This document shows, piece after piece, positions 1 to 11,554 of a stretch of DNA of 64,000 bases. Under the pieces are notes generated by a model, which was given only the letters and a program-made list of their open reading frames with translations, was not told the DNA's origin and did no database searches. The stretch's first letter is position 1. Each line of letters begins with the position of its first letter. A program made the translations under genes and the position numbers. Where the stretch lies: NCBI GenBank assembly GCA_964188305.1, contig OZ076895.1. One strand, 5' to 3'. Origin of the DNA: Podarcis bocagei. Its lineage: Eukaryota.

Positions 1-375
1 AAAGAAGCTGTCATAGCTGCAGTAGCATTCTGAAAATGATTGAAATTTGTTCGATCAATAACATACTGATATGCTTCGATTAAGCTTATACAGGACAATC
101 AATATTAGATGAGAAATAATTAAAGAATAGAATATAAAAGCATAGATTTGAATTAGAATATATGCAATATAAAGTTTATCATGTGAGACAAAGTGCGGAA
201 GAGATTTGATGGAGGGAAGACACACAGGATAGGGAAGGTGGGTGCAATTCTTTTACAACTGGTGATACTTGATGTTTGTAATGTCATAATTGTTTGTTTG
301 TTTCCCTTTTGTATTTGCACATCAATGATGGAGTTTCTTTATTCTTAAATAATAATAAAAAAGGAAAGAAAATGA
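1..375 (+). mobile_element. Possible 3' UTR/tail of an L1-clade LINE, running off the left edge
   Basis: A-rich stretch, then a GGAGGGAAG purine block, a T/GT-rich tract, AATAAA and an A-rich tail. Same layout as the 3' UTR of the L1 at 8833-9114. Confidence 0.35.
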
Positions 376-747
376 TAGAAAGTTGTGGAATATCGGTATT
401 TTTCTTTGTACTTTCAAAAATTACTTCAAAGACTTCTGAGTAAATTTATCAGTCATGGAGTAAGAGGAGAGATCCACTTGTGGATCAAGAACTGGCACAC
501 AGAATAGGATTAAATAGACAGTTCTCCCAATGGAAAGATATAGAAATACAGACTCCCATTGGAACCTGTGCTTTTTAACTTGCTTATAAATGAATAGAAA
601 TGATTGCACTTACTGTACTAAATTCCAGGAAAGAAACAGTCCTGATTCTTAAGATAACTAACTTCAGATTTTCTGTATTAATTAGGAAGCAAAATCCTCA
701 AGTGACACGCTTATGGCATCCAATTTCCTTTTATTTCTAATTGTGAA

Positions 748-913
748 CTATCTGATCAATATTAAATCCAATTTACAATTGCATCCCCGAAATCGCTTGC
801 AAGGTAATGGTGTAGTAACATCCCTTATTTCTGCTTTCTTGATCAGTCTGATTAGGGCATCCACTTCTCCCTCACCTGCTTGTACCTTTAGCGTTTCATC
901 TATTAGGATGAGT
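748..913 (-). CDS. Speculative exon 2 of a small spliced ORF, or a 5'-UTR exon of a leftward gene
   Basis: Minus-strand acceptor ttactctaactacacAG|A at 913. Open frame LILIDETLKVQAGEGEVDALIRLIKKAEIRDVTTPLPCKRFRGCNCKLDLILIR* is phase-compatible with the donor at 6490. No homology recognised. Confidence 0.2.
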
Positions 914-2110
914 CTGTGTAGTTAGAGTAAGGCAATATGAATCTAAGATTTTCTGAGTGGCCCATTAGCCATGGATATTGTGGTTGGCCTTGAGCAAGAC
1001 ATTATTTCCAAGCTGCACTTCCTGAAATGGAAAATAAAAACAAGGTTGAGCTACGTGACATGATTGTTGAGAGCACCAGTGTGCTAAGAATCTTTTACGT
1101 GCTTTCTCCATTTTGGCCAAAGGGATGTAGGAATAGGTAGATATATGCACAGATAAAACAATGTTCTACAATTGTATTCAGCTAGCAAATGCTTCATTTC
1201 TGCCCTGCCAAAGGTAGGAAAATAGTATCTGAAAATGCAAACAAACAAAATTAGAAAAAGCATTTTTGTTTTCTCAATTGGTGGACCAAAGAAAACAATA
1301 ATTGTTAGTCTCTTTTAATAATGGAAAGTATAATAGACATTTCCATAAATATTCTCCAGAAAGGAATGCACAGATTACTTCACTGCAGGGGGTCTAAATA
1401 ACTTGCATTCTTCCATAATGTTACATTATTAGCATACAATTTAATTTGTACATGAATTTAACTGTCTGCAGGGCAAATCTGAATACATCGCTTGCAAACA
1501 CTTGAATGAAGTTCTGCAGTGTTTAGACTGAATATCCCAGACAAACCAAACAAGTTGTTATGCCTTTTACAAGTATCCTCAGGAGCACTTTATAGGTTAT
1601 AAAAGTTTTACATGGAGGGAAACTAAGTGTCATGAAGCTAGGAATTCTGGAACAAAGAGAAGGTCCTTGATATATGTAGCCCTAAGATTGCAGAAAGACT
1701 TCCCCAAAGAAAAGAAGAGAAGAGCTAGACCTACCATTAGATAGAATAAGATAGACACCTCAGATGCCATATGCTGAGGACAGGTGGGGTGATAGTGAGG
1801 TGGTAGAGGACAGCTGTGTGCCATGTGGCCTGTCTTGAGCTTCCCAAGGTTGCCCCCTGTCTTCAGGTACAGTGGAGAATATGGTCCCACCACTAGTGCT
1901 GAAATAAGATTTAGCTGCCAGTTTAGTCTGTATGTGGAATGGAGGTGGTGGTGCCATATTGTCCTTCACATCAGGCAGCAAAATGTATTGAGCCCACCTG
2001 AAGAGAGCTGGCAATCAACATACCTCTCTCCCAACCACCAGAAAAAGGTCAAGGCCCCCTTTGTAAAGCATTGTGCAGTAAGCACTTGTTAATTTTGAAG
2101 TAATTATGAA

Positions 2111-2325
2111 CATAAGAATGTGAGAAGAGTCTGCTGGATCAGATCAATGGCCCATCTAGTCCAGCATCCAGTTTTCAGGGTGGCCAGACAGACACTTGCA
2201 AGAAGTCCCAAAAGAGGACTTGAACACAGCAGTCCTCTACCCAGCTGTGATTCTAAGCAACTGGCGTTCAAAGGCAAACTTCCTCTGACAGTGGAAGTAG
2301 AACATACCCATCTTGGCTAGTAGTC
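2111..2325 (-). mobile_element. CR1 LINE 3' end
   Basis: Reverse complement reads gatgctggactagatgggccattgatctgatccagcagactcttctcacattcttatg, a typical reptile CR1 terminus. Confidence 0.8.
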
Positions 2326-3296
2326 TTCTCCTTCAATTGCGGATTTGCACAACTGTGGATCTCCAGTTTGCTTGGTTTTTAGTAGTTTGCAGCAATATTT
2401 TAACTACTTCATTTTCATCTGCAAACTTTATTTTCATCTGCAAGTTTCTTCTAATGTTGCACTAGCTATCTACACATGCCAGTTTCCTAATCTCCATATA
2501 CCAAAACAAATGGAGTTGTCTGTGATGGTGAGCTGCAAGAAAAGAGTGTTAACTCTGATTTCCTGGTTGGCTTGCTTGCTTCCTCCTCCTCCTCCTCCTC
2601 CTTTGAAAATAATGTATTTATAGTTTGCCACCTGATACTCTGTTTATAAAAGTTATGGAAAAGACAATGGAAAAATCTCTGTGTACGTAAATACACAGAC
2701 ATAATGCAAATGAACAATGGCTTTTTGTCCTTATGAGAAGGGTGGCAAATTTACATGTTCCAGTTTTAGAAGTAATCTCTTTTTCTTGCAAGCCTTTGGG
2801 TTTACCAGTCTAGTCATGTCTCTGCTCTTTCTAGTGAACAGTTTTCATTCAAGATAAGATGTAGGAAGGACAAACTCATCTCAGCAGAGTTTCAGGGCAC
2901 CTGCCTATCAATTCTTTATACAAGATCAGTCAAAACTTTGCGGTGGAATGGCAGTTATCCACAAGAGGGTACTCCGTTTCTTGCTGTCACTCACTGCCTC
3001 CATTCCATTTCAAGTAAGAATGTGTGTTGCTATGATTAATCCCACAGAATTACTTTTCTACCTCTCCAAAAATCCAGCAAGTGTATTGAGTTTCATCAAG
3101 TTAACAGGAGGGAAAAATTATCTAATTTCCACTTGAGCAGATGGATGGGTAGATCAGGATTAGAAAAATGAAATGGCTTTTGTCTTTGAATATTTTATGA
3201 TCTGGCACATGTAAGTGAAAACTGAATAATAAAAATGATGGTCAGGAAAATGTCCTACTACCTAATTGTTTAGCCTAAATGCTTGGACAAGCTTGT

Positions 3297-3297
<1 letters not shown>

Positions 3298-3350
<53 letters not shown>
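3298..3350. repeat. (GA)n microsatellite
   Basis: Seen directly. Confidence 0.97.
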
Positions 3351-3352
<2 letters not shown>

Positions 3353-3556
3353 TAACTGGCGCCCCCTCCTAAAGATGCACATCCATACAATAACACATGG
3401 AAAGACTTGTACAGGCATCATAACATGGCATCCTATGAAAGGTACGCAGAGTACTAACACAGTTCCAATTTTTGCTGCATGTAACCTCTACTTTAATTCA
3501 GTAGCATACATTTTTATTGGTTTTTGCAGACACAGAGGGCTCTGTGGTGCAATTTA

Positions 3557-3697
3557 CAAAAGGCAGAGACATTACATTGTTGACAAAGATCCGTATAGTT
3601 AAAGCTATGGTTTTCCCAGTAGTGATGTGTGGAAGTGAGAGCTGGACCACAAAGAAGGCTGATCGCCGGAGAATTGATGTTTTTGAATTGTGGTGTC
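3557..3697 (+). mobile_element. BovB (RTE clade) LINE internal fragment
   Basis: Translates to RDITLLTKIRIVKAMVFPVVMCGSESWTTKKADRRRIDVFELWC, the BovB ORF C-terminal region. Confidence 0.88.
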
Positions 3698-5435
3698 TCT
3701 GACAACGATCTCAACAGTAGATGTTCCTTCTGTTACACTAGCTATTATCACAGACCATCACAGAGCTAAGTGTGCTCAGGCCCACTGAAATTACTGTAGT
3801 TGACAAAAATTATTTTGACCTTTGTTGCCAAGCCTCTTTAGTACTCCTGTCTTCTCTTGTACCTTGCATAGAGTCCTTCCCTCCTGACCACAAGCATTGT
3901 GAGGTTTCTTCAGAGTCCCCTCAGTCGGCATCTCTGATTTTACCTCTTTGTTACTTGTGTCTTTTTCTTCAGCTTTTCTCTTCATCTTCCTCAACCTTCA
4001 GGTTCCTGTTTCTCCATTACCTACTTTTCACTCTTTCTTCAGCCACTTGAAGGAGCTTTCTACATTATGGGGCATCTTCCCATTCTTCAGCTTTCCCCAT
4101 GAAATTACTTCTGTCCTTGAAGTCTGTTGAGGTTTTACTTCCCGCTAAATCAAATTTCCCTTCTCTCCCTGAAGCTGCACATACTATGAACTTTCTGAAA
4201 GCTTTTTTCCCATAGTATCACAGAATGTTCATGAACCAGGTCAGCCAACCAATACCAGAGACTTTGCAAACACTAGTGCAATACAATGTAGATTTGATTG
4301 ATACATACAGATCTACATTTGCTTTGTACATTTTTTTTTTATTCAGCATTGAGTTGGGGATATGGAGATCTAACCCTTAATCAAAAAAGCTGTTTTCTTT
4401 CCTATTTATAGACAACTCTTCATTGTCAGAAATAGAAAAGGTTCAAAGAGTTCTTATCTTTTCTTAAAAAGAACCTGGTAATTGGAAAAACAAAATCCCT
4501 TTACCACCATGTGGTTTTTCTGTTCTTAAAAGAAAGATTAAATAAGGTGATGCTATTCTACACTTCAGAAACTGGTATCTGTGACATCCATCAGGTGCTT
4601 TGATTTTAATTGGTATGCACACAAAATGGTTGCGCTGTGTGACTGAAAACACTCATAGCTAACAGCTGGAGAATCATGCTTGCCCTAAGAGAAAATGGAA
4701 ATATTCTCTTTGTGAGACTCAGTTTCTAATCCTAATACAATTTATAAACTCTATTAGATATAAAATAATAACCCCCACACTGGTCATGCTTTCCCAAGAA
4801 AGAAAGCAGAGCAGAGCATACCATCCACCACCACAATAATAATAATAATAATAATAATAGGATATGCTTAAAGATCAAAGAGAGATAAAAAGAACAATAT
4901 GTTTACTAGTTTGGAGCCCATAGGATCAGGCTTCCAGTGCCAAATAAATTTATTAAAGGACTTCCCTTAGGTATCCAGCAATTCCACAAACAAACATTGC
5001 AAATCTCATTATTTTTGCCATAGGCAGAACAGTGATTTTCTTTTAAAAGGCATGTAGATACTGTACATATTTTTCCCCCTGGGTTGTTTTTGAGTGATGC
5101 CTGTTGAATTTACTAAGGTAAACATTTTTCTTCCTGTCAAGAGCAGACACAGCATAGCTACACACTGACAAAACTATATTCTAAACTTGTCTCAAAACAC
5201 TATCAAGAGAATTTCCTGGTGGTTATAGGAATAAACATGGAACTGGTGGAGCCGCTTTAAAAGGGCACTTTCTGGTGATATTAGAATTCAGATGCAGTAA
5301 GTATACAGCTGTAGACTGAGAGACTGTGAATTTGATGCTGTGTAGCAGCTCCTGCACTGGAAGGAGTTGGGAGGAAACAGGATCGCTAGTGAAACCCCTT
5401 TTTATGATTACAGCTCCCTCTGTGTTTTCATTTAT

Positions 5436-5501
5436 CATAGGATCGTAGAATTGTAGAGTTGGAAGGGACCCCAAGAGTAATCTAGTCCAGCCTCCTGCAA
5501 T
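5436..5501 (-). mobile_element. CR1-type 3' tail fragment (LINE or CR1-tailed SINE)
   Basis: tcataggatcgtagaattgtagagttggaagggacc...ctagtccagcctcctgcaat is the reverse complement of a CR1 end with a TTCTATGA-like tail. Confidence 0.75.
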
Positions 5502-5999
5502 ATATTTCAAGAAACCAAATTTAGCTTCTTGGCATCTCTCGTCACTCACAATCTATACTTTATATCAGAGCATTCTTTCAGTCCACCCTCATTCGTTCTG
5601 TTTCTGACTGACATTGACTTGAAGGGAGCGCCAGTCTTGATTTTCTGTCATGTGAGATTTGGTGCTTTGTTCAGCTGAAGTGCAACTCTTTCCATCATCT
5701 CCTGCTCATGGCTTTTCCAGGGGCATCTGGCACCAGCCTGGTCACCAATGGAAACAGATTGTTGCGGTAGATTGACCTTTTGGTCTAATCAAGCAGCAGC
5801 AGTCAGTGAGGTGCTTTGGTGGCAGGAAAATTGTCTATTCCTCTCTGGCGTGGTCAGGTGGAGAGGTGAAGTCACATCCATATCAGTAACCAGTAGGAGA
5901 TGGCGCCAGAGGCCATGCAAATATGCAGCAACTGTGCATTTTATTTTAAAAGTCACCAGTTCTTATGTTCTCTGTGGCTAGCAAATGGACAAAAATGGA

Positions 6000-7260
6000 C
6001 AGAGCTGTCTTAAGCATATCAGGCGCTGTGGTGCAAAGATCCCTCCAGCGCCTCCCTGGTTTTGACCTTTTTAAGGGGGGGGGGCGACCCCAATGTTGTT
6101 GACCTTTTTTTAAGGAAAGGTTCCCCAGAGTTGTTGACCTGAACTTGGGAGTTCCACAGATTTCCCTACAGGGAAGGAGAGGCAAGAGGTGGGGGTGGGG
6201 GGTGGGGAGCCTACCCCTTCCTTTACTGGATGAAAAGAGAGAGAGAAAGTGGGACAGAGGAAAGCAGAAAGGAGAGGTCATTTAACCCACTGAGGGAGAG
6301 GAGATGAGGGTGGTGGTCGGGAAGCTGAGCCAGGGTAGAAATGGTGTCGCTTCTCCCACCCACACGGGCCAAGAAGGAAGGACAGCAGGAGGTTTTTTTT
6401 AACACAAATACACACTCCAACCCAGTTGCTCCCTGATTCCCTTGAAGTGAGTGGGTGGGTGCGGCAGGACAGCAGCAGATTGACCTCACCGATGACCACA
6501 CAAGCAGCAAACGGGGTGTGCGTGTGCAGCCTGCTGCATTTCACAATGCTACTTAAAGGGAGAAATAAAAGTGCCCTTGGGCACAGCTAAGGACAGCTCT
6601 GCTTCCCTCTGCCCGCTGGGAAGCCGCCGCACCGAAAATGGAGCGACGGGGTCCTCACTTGCTGGTGGGGAGCTTTGACAGGGAGCTGCTGGGAGAAGCT
6701 CCAGCATCCCCGTTAACACTGTTCCCACCTGCCTCTTTGGGTCTTCTCTCCCATGCTCATGCCATGTACAGGAGGCTTGGGAGGCAAGCTGCACACAACT
6801 GAGCGAAGGAGAGCACAGCTAGGAAAGAGGAAAGAGGGAGGAGCAGGAGGGCAAAAGCAAGCTGGCCACGTGACTGAGAGAGCAAGCGCACCACAGGGAA
6901 AAGGAGGAAGAGGAGCCTCACCTCACGTGTGCCTCCTTTCGTTTCCCATCCCCAAGGCCTCGGCTCCCAAAGAGGGCGCGCGAGGGGAGGGTTGCCGTGT
7001 GTTGTGCTCGCTCAGCCACCCAATTTAGAGAAGCAAGCATGCACACGCCCCCCAACCTCACAACACAGCCAGCGAGCAACTATTGAGTCACCCAGGATGC
7101 AAGAGCGCATTAGTCGCCCAGTACGCAGGAGCGCTGTGCGTGCATGGGGCAAGTGGATTCTAGGAAAACAGGAAGCCGCTGGCAAAGCCACGCAGCTCCC
7201 CCACTTGCTTAAGAGGCTGGCGCTGTGGTGCAACGCACCACTAAACCCTATGGGAAAGAC
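6000..7260 (-). promoter_or_regulatory. GC/CpG-enriched promoter-like region, probably transcribing leftwards
   Basis: Local rise in GC and CpG without a recognisable repeat. E-boxes GGCCACGTGAC (CACGTG at 6867-6872) and CACGTG at 6924-6929. Minus-strand Inr-like TCAGTT at 6797-6802 after a pyrimidine-rich run. Minus-strand donor CG|GTGAGG at 6490/6489. Confidence 0.6.
6490..6800 (-). other. Candidate first exon of an unidentified leftward gene
   Basis: Lies between the Inr-like motif (~6800) and the donor at 6490. Contains several upstream ATGs; the ATG at 6539 (MQQAAHAHPVCCLCGH-) stays open into the donor. Confidence 0.35.
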
Positions 7261-7344
7261 GGTTCTGGAAATGTATTTACCTTATCTCAGCTATTTATTA
7301 CATCATATCCCACCTTACCTCCAAAGACCTCAAGCTATTGTACC

Positions 7345-7501
7345 CCACCTCCCCGGCCTCATTTTATCCTTGCAACAACCCTGTGATGTAGATTAGGCTA
7401 AGAGAAAGTGGCTGGACTGAGGAGACCCAGTGAGCTTCATGGCTTGGTTGGGATTTGAACCCTTGTCTTGCAGATCCTAGTCCAACATTCTAACGACTAC
7501 T
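7345..7501 (-). mobile_element. tRNA-derived MIR/CORE-like squamate SINE
   Basis: Reverse complement has B-box ggttcaaatccc and the body ctcactggg...ctcttagcctaatctacatcacagggttgttgcaaggataaaatg. Confidence 0.75.
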
Positions 7502-7631
7502 CAGTGCTATTTTTCTAGGAAAAGAGGTACCTGAACTCATCGTGAATGCCTCCTTTGTTCTCTTCTAACGGCAATGGCGCCCATCTAAGAGGTGCCGGAA
7601 TGAAAGTTCCAGCTGAAAAAAAAAAGGCCTG
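7502..7631. mobile_element. hAT-type MITE inserted into the SINE head
   Basis: Ends CAGTGCTATTTTT / AAAAAAGGCCTG with an imperfect 8-bp TSD (cgactact / ccaatact). Confidence 0.65.
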
Positions 7632-8031
7632 CCAATACTCCGCATTTTCTCTTCACGTACTGAAGTGAAGCTGCCACTCTGTCACTCATGTGGCATAGGA
7701 ATTGGCCACTGTGGAGAGTTTTGTGTACAGGCTTGCTGGACCTAGTCAGGTGCTAGGACAGTGCTGAAGATTCAAAACATTGTACCATGTTTCCACCACT
7801 GAATGGCAGCCATTTCCCATAATGTAATGCATTTCTTTTAAACTCATTCTATTCCTTGTGAAGCTGCCTTTCAAAATACAATGACAGCGAATTCCTAGCG
7901 CAATGGCCTCTTGCCCATTCTCTAGTCTTGAACATATCCTCAGATTAAAGCAAGTGTTCATGTAAAGAACCAAGACAAACAACAAACCCCTATCCTTTCT
8001 CTACAGACTGTATGTTGTATCACACTGTGAG

Positions 8032-8035
<4 letters not shown>

Positions 8036-8071
<36 letters not shown>
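8036..8071. repeat. (GT)n microsatellite
   Basis: Seen directly. Confidence 0.97.
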
Positions 8072-8073
<2 letters not shown>

Positions 8074-8832
8074 AAAGGGAGGGGAAATGTGGCATGTTTG
8101 TTCTGAGAGACATGTTCTGGTAAACAAGCTGAAGCTTTGTGGAGGCTTTAAGAAAGGGCTTCTTTTTTAAAAAAAAAGGGTGAGAAAATCCTGAACACCC
8201 GAGTGTCAAGGTCAAATGAAAGCAGCTGAACAAATGAGAGTAGCATTTAGATTTTAGATACTGCAGTGATAGGTTACGAATAATATAGATTAAGAAAATC
8301 AATTTAAAATGGCGGCGTTGAAAGGTGCTGTATTGATTGCTCCAGAAACTGAAGGTTTTTTTGTTTAAACAAGTGCTGCTTATGTAGCAGGTCAGGCTTT
8401 TCACTCCAGTAACATGGCTCAGAAAACCTGACCAGAATAGGGTTTTAAGAAGTCCCCCCCCCACACACACTTTAGGGTGGAAAGGGAAGAAATTAAATAT
8501 ATTTCCATTGCCTGTGGCAGTGCTTTCTGGTTATATCTTTAGACATAAGCAAGTTCATTTTACCATGACTTCAGAGCTGTCTTCAGAAAGTAATGGATTT
8601 TGAACTTTTTTTGAATACAAACTATTATACGACTCCCCCCTCCCCCTGTGGGGCATTTAGAAAACCTCTCTTACTTATTTCATATTAATTTCTTCCTGGT
8701 GCAGTTTTAACAACCACTAGTCTGTGGCATGTCCTGAATATCTTATAAAAGGGATGGTCAATATTTCAGTATTCGGCTTCTGCAGCTTTAATGGTTGTAT
8801 ATAAGAGGACATTTGGGCAAGTTCTGTTTTCT

Positions 8833-11061
8833 TTTTTTCTTTTCTTTTTTTTAAAAAAATATTTATTAAAGTTTCACAAATTATACAGACAAACACAACA
8901 ATACAAATAAACACAAAAAACAAGTATAATTTCAAACCCTTATTTTCTTATAACTTACTTCTCCGACCTCCTCATACCTCCCCTTTCTGCATTCCAATTG
9001 CAAATTTTAATTCAGCAAATCCTCACCCTTAAATTTATCTAATTTTTAACCTTTCTTTTCTTTTAACTTAATCCTTACAACTGTAATCCACTTAATTTCT
9101 AAACCAGCATCATTCTAACATTCATTAATTTTGCAATGTTTCTTAAGATAGTTCTTAAATTTCTTCCAATCTTCTTCCGCCGTCTCTTTTCCCTGGTCTC
9201 GGATTCTGCCGGTCATTTCTGCCAGTCCCATATAGTCTATCACCTTCATCTGCCATTCTTCCAAGGTGGGTAGATCTTGTGTCTTCCAATACTTTGCGAT
9301 GAGTATTCTTGCTGCTCTTGTAGCATACATAAAAAATGTTCTGTCTTTCTTTAACACCAATTGGCCGGCCATGCCCAGGAGAAAGGCCTCTGGTTTCTTA
9401 AGAAAGGTATATTTAAATACCTTTTTCATTTCATTATATATCATTTCCCAGAAAGCCTTAATCTTTGGGCACGTCCACCAAAGGTGAAAGAAGGTACCTT
9501 CAATCTCTTTACATTTCCAACATTTGTTATCAGGCAAGTGGTAGATTTTTGCAAGCTTGACTGGGGTCATGTACCACCTATAAATCATTTTCATAATATT
9601 TTCTTTTAAGGCATTACATGCCGTAAATTTCATACCGGTGGTCCACAACTGTTCCCAGTCAGCAAATATAATGTTATGACCAATATCTTGTGCCCACTTA
9701 ATCATAGCTGATTTAACTGTTTCATCCTGCGTATTCCATTTCAACAGCAAGTTATACATCTTTGACAAATTCTTAGTTTTGGATTCCAACAACTCTGTTT
9801 CTAATTTTGACTTTTCCACCTGGAAGCCAATTTTCCTGTCCAATTTATAAACCTCCATTATCTGATAATAATGAAGCCAGTCTCTTACTTTGTCTTTCAA
9901 TTTTTCAAAACTCTGCAATTTAAATTTGTCTCCTTCTTGTTCCAGAATTTCCCAATATTTCGGCCATTTGGCCTCCATATTGAGCTTTTTCAAAGCTTTC
10001 GCTTCCATCGGTGATAACCACCTTGGGGTTTTATTTTCCAATAAATCCTTATATCTTATCCAAACATTAAACAATGCTTTCCTTACAATATGATTTTTAA
10101 ATGCTTTATGTGCTTTGTCCTTATCATACCATAAATATGCATGCCATCCAAATACATTGTTAAAACCTTCTAAATCCAAAATGTCTGTATTTTCAAGAAG
10201 TAGCCACTCTTTCAACCAGCAGAAAGCTGCTGATTCATAGTAAAGTTTTAAGTCTGGCAGGGCAAATCCACCTCTTTCCTTTGCATCAGTTAATATCTTA
10301 AATTTTATTCTAGGTTTCTTGCCCTGCCAGACAAATCTGGAAATGTCTCTCTGCCACTTCTTGAAACAATCCATCTTGTCCACAATTTGCAATGTTTGAA
10401 ATAGAAGCAACATTCTAGGCAATACATTCATTTTAATCATAGCAATACGGCCTAACAATGAAAGTTTCAAGTTTGACCATATTTCTAAGTCTTTTTTTAC
10501 TTCTGCCCAGCATTTCTCATAATTATCTTTAAATAGATTCGCATTTTTAGCTGTCATGTTAATCCCCAAGTATTTCACTTTCTTGACCACAGTTAAACCT
10601 GTTTCATTCTGGAACCTCTCCCTTTCAATAGCTGCTAAATTTTTCTCTAATACCTTAGTTTTTAGTTTATTCAATTTAAATCCTGCGACTTGACCAAACT
10701 CTTGAATTAATTCTAAAACTCTTTTAGTACTAGAGTCTGGCTCTTGTAATGTAAGTACCAAATCATCTGCAAATGCTCTCAATTTGTACTGTTTTACTCC
10801 GACCTGTACACCTTTAACTAGCTGGTCCTTTCTAATCATGTTCAGCAAAACCTCCAGGACCGATATAAAAAGCAATAGGGAAATTGGGCACCCCTGTCGT
10901 GTCCCTTTTTCTATTTTAAATTCTTCTGTAACCACATTATTTACAATTAGCTTAGCCTTTTGCTCAGAGTATATTGCACCTATACCATTCTCAAAGCCTT
11001 GGCCTACCCCCATCCCATGTAGATTCTTCTTCATAAAACTCCAAGAGATGTTGTCAAAAGC
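8833..11061 (-). mobile_element. 5'-truncated L1-clade LINE with a 20-bp TSD
   Basis: TSD ttgggcaagttctgttttct at 8813-8832 and 11062-11081. AATAAA and an A-rich tail on the minus strand. Truncated inside the RT domain (AFDNISWSF at the 5' junction). Confidence 0.95.
9115..11034 (-). CDS. L1-clade ORF2 remnant (partial RT plus C-terminal CCHC region), 639 aa, uninterrupted
   Basis: GTRQGCPIS, FADD, KYLG, LSLLGRI, GGFALPD and CWKC-x8-H-x4-C motifs. The endonuclease and the start of the RT are missing. Confidence 0.92.
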   Translation of the reverse strand: MKKNLHGMGVGQGFENGIGAIYSEQKAKLIVNNVVTEEFKIEKGTRQGCPISLLLFISVLEVLLNMIRKDQLVKGVQVGVKQYKLRAFADDLVLTLQEPDSSTKRVLELIQEFGQVAGFKLNKLKTKVLEKNLAAIERERFQNETGLTVVKKVKYLGINMTAKNANLFKDNYEKCWAEVKKDLEIWSNLKLSLLGRIAMIKMNVLPRMLLLFQTLQIVDKMDCFKKWQRDISRFVWQGKKPRIKFKILTDAKERGGFALPDLKLYYESAAFCWLKEWLLLENTDILDLEGFNNVFGWHAYLWYDKDKAHKAFKNHIVRKALFNVWIRYKDLLENKTPRWLSPMEAKALKKLNMEAKWPKYWEILEQEGDKFKLQSFEKLKDKVRDWLHYYQIMEVYKLDRKIGFQVEKSKLETELLESKTKNLSKMYNLLLKWNTQDETVKSAMIKWAQDIGHNIIFADWEQLWTTGMKFTACNALKENIMKMIYRWYMTPVKLAKIYHLPDNKCWKCKEIEGTFFHLWWTCPKIKAFWEMIYNEMKKVFKYTFLKKPEAFLLGMAGQLVLKKDRTFFMYATRAARILIAKYWKTQDLPTLEEWQMKVIDYMGLAEMTGRIRDQGKETAEEDWKKFKNYLKKHCKINEC

Positions 11062-11139
11062 TTGGGCAAGTTCTGTTTTCTAGCATAGTGACATAATATG
11101 CTGGACCTGCTGAAATTTCTTCTTCTCCCACACCAGATA

Positions 11140-11255
11140 TGACCCTTTAGATGTTGCTGGACTACAACTCCCATCATCCCTGTCCATTGGCCATGCAGCC
11201 CGGAGTTGGTGAGAGTACAAAAACACCTGGAGGACTACCGGTTGCCCACGCCTAT
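11140..11255. mobile_element. Short squamate non-autonomous DNA element (gactacaactcccatcatccc family)
   Basis: The same motif recurs at ~26910-27040, ~27905-28025, ~29260-29360, ~42110-42230 and ~52070-52125. Confidence 0.6.
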
Positions 11256-11361
11256 TCTCTGTTAAAAATTCAGAACTGCTACTGGCAGGTCTTTTGACAG
11301 AAGCATGGCAGACAGAAATTTAGTGTGAAGGCTTTCCTACTATGGGGGAAAGCTTCACATC

Positions 11362-11511
11362 CACCTCAGCCATGAAGCGATTTCAATCCAGTTACTCCAG
11401 TTTCAGTCCAACGTACCTCACATGATTGATGTAAAGATAAAAAGGCGTGGTGTGGAGAAAAAAACATAGATGCTGCCCTGAACTCCTTGAAAGAAGGAGA
11501 GGGCATAAATG

Positions 11512-11554
<43 letters not shown>

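Noticed and set aside
6929-7396. 155-aa plus-strand ORF in the CpG region
   Set aside because: Non-ATG start, GC-rich chance ORF that runs into a SINE, and no recognisable domain.
7958-8470. 170-aa ORF with THTHTH
   Set aside because: Crosses a (GT)n microsatellite; no homology recognised.
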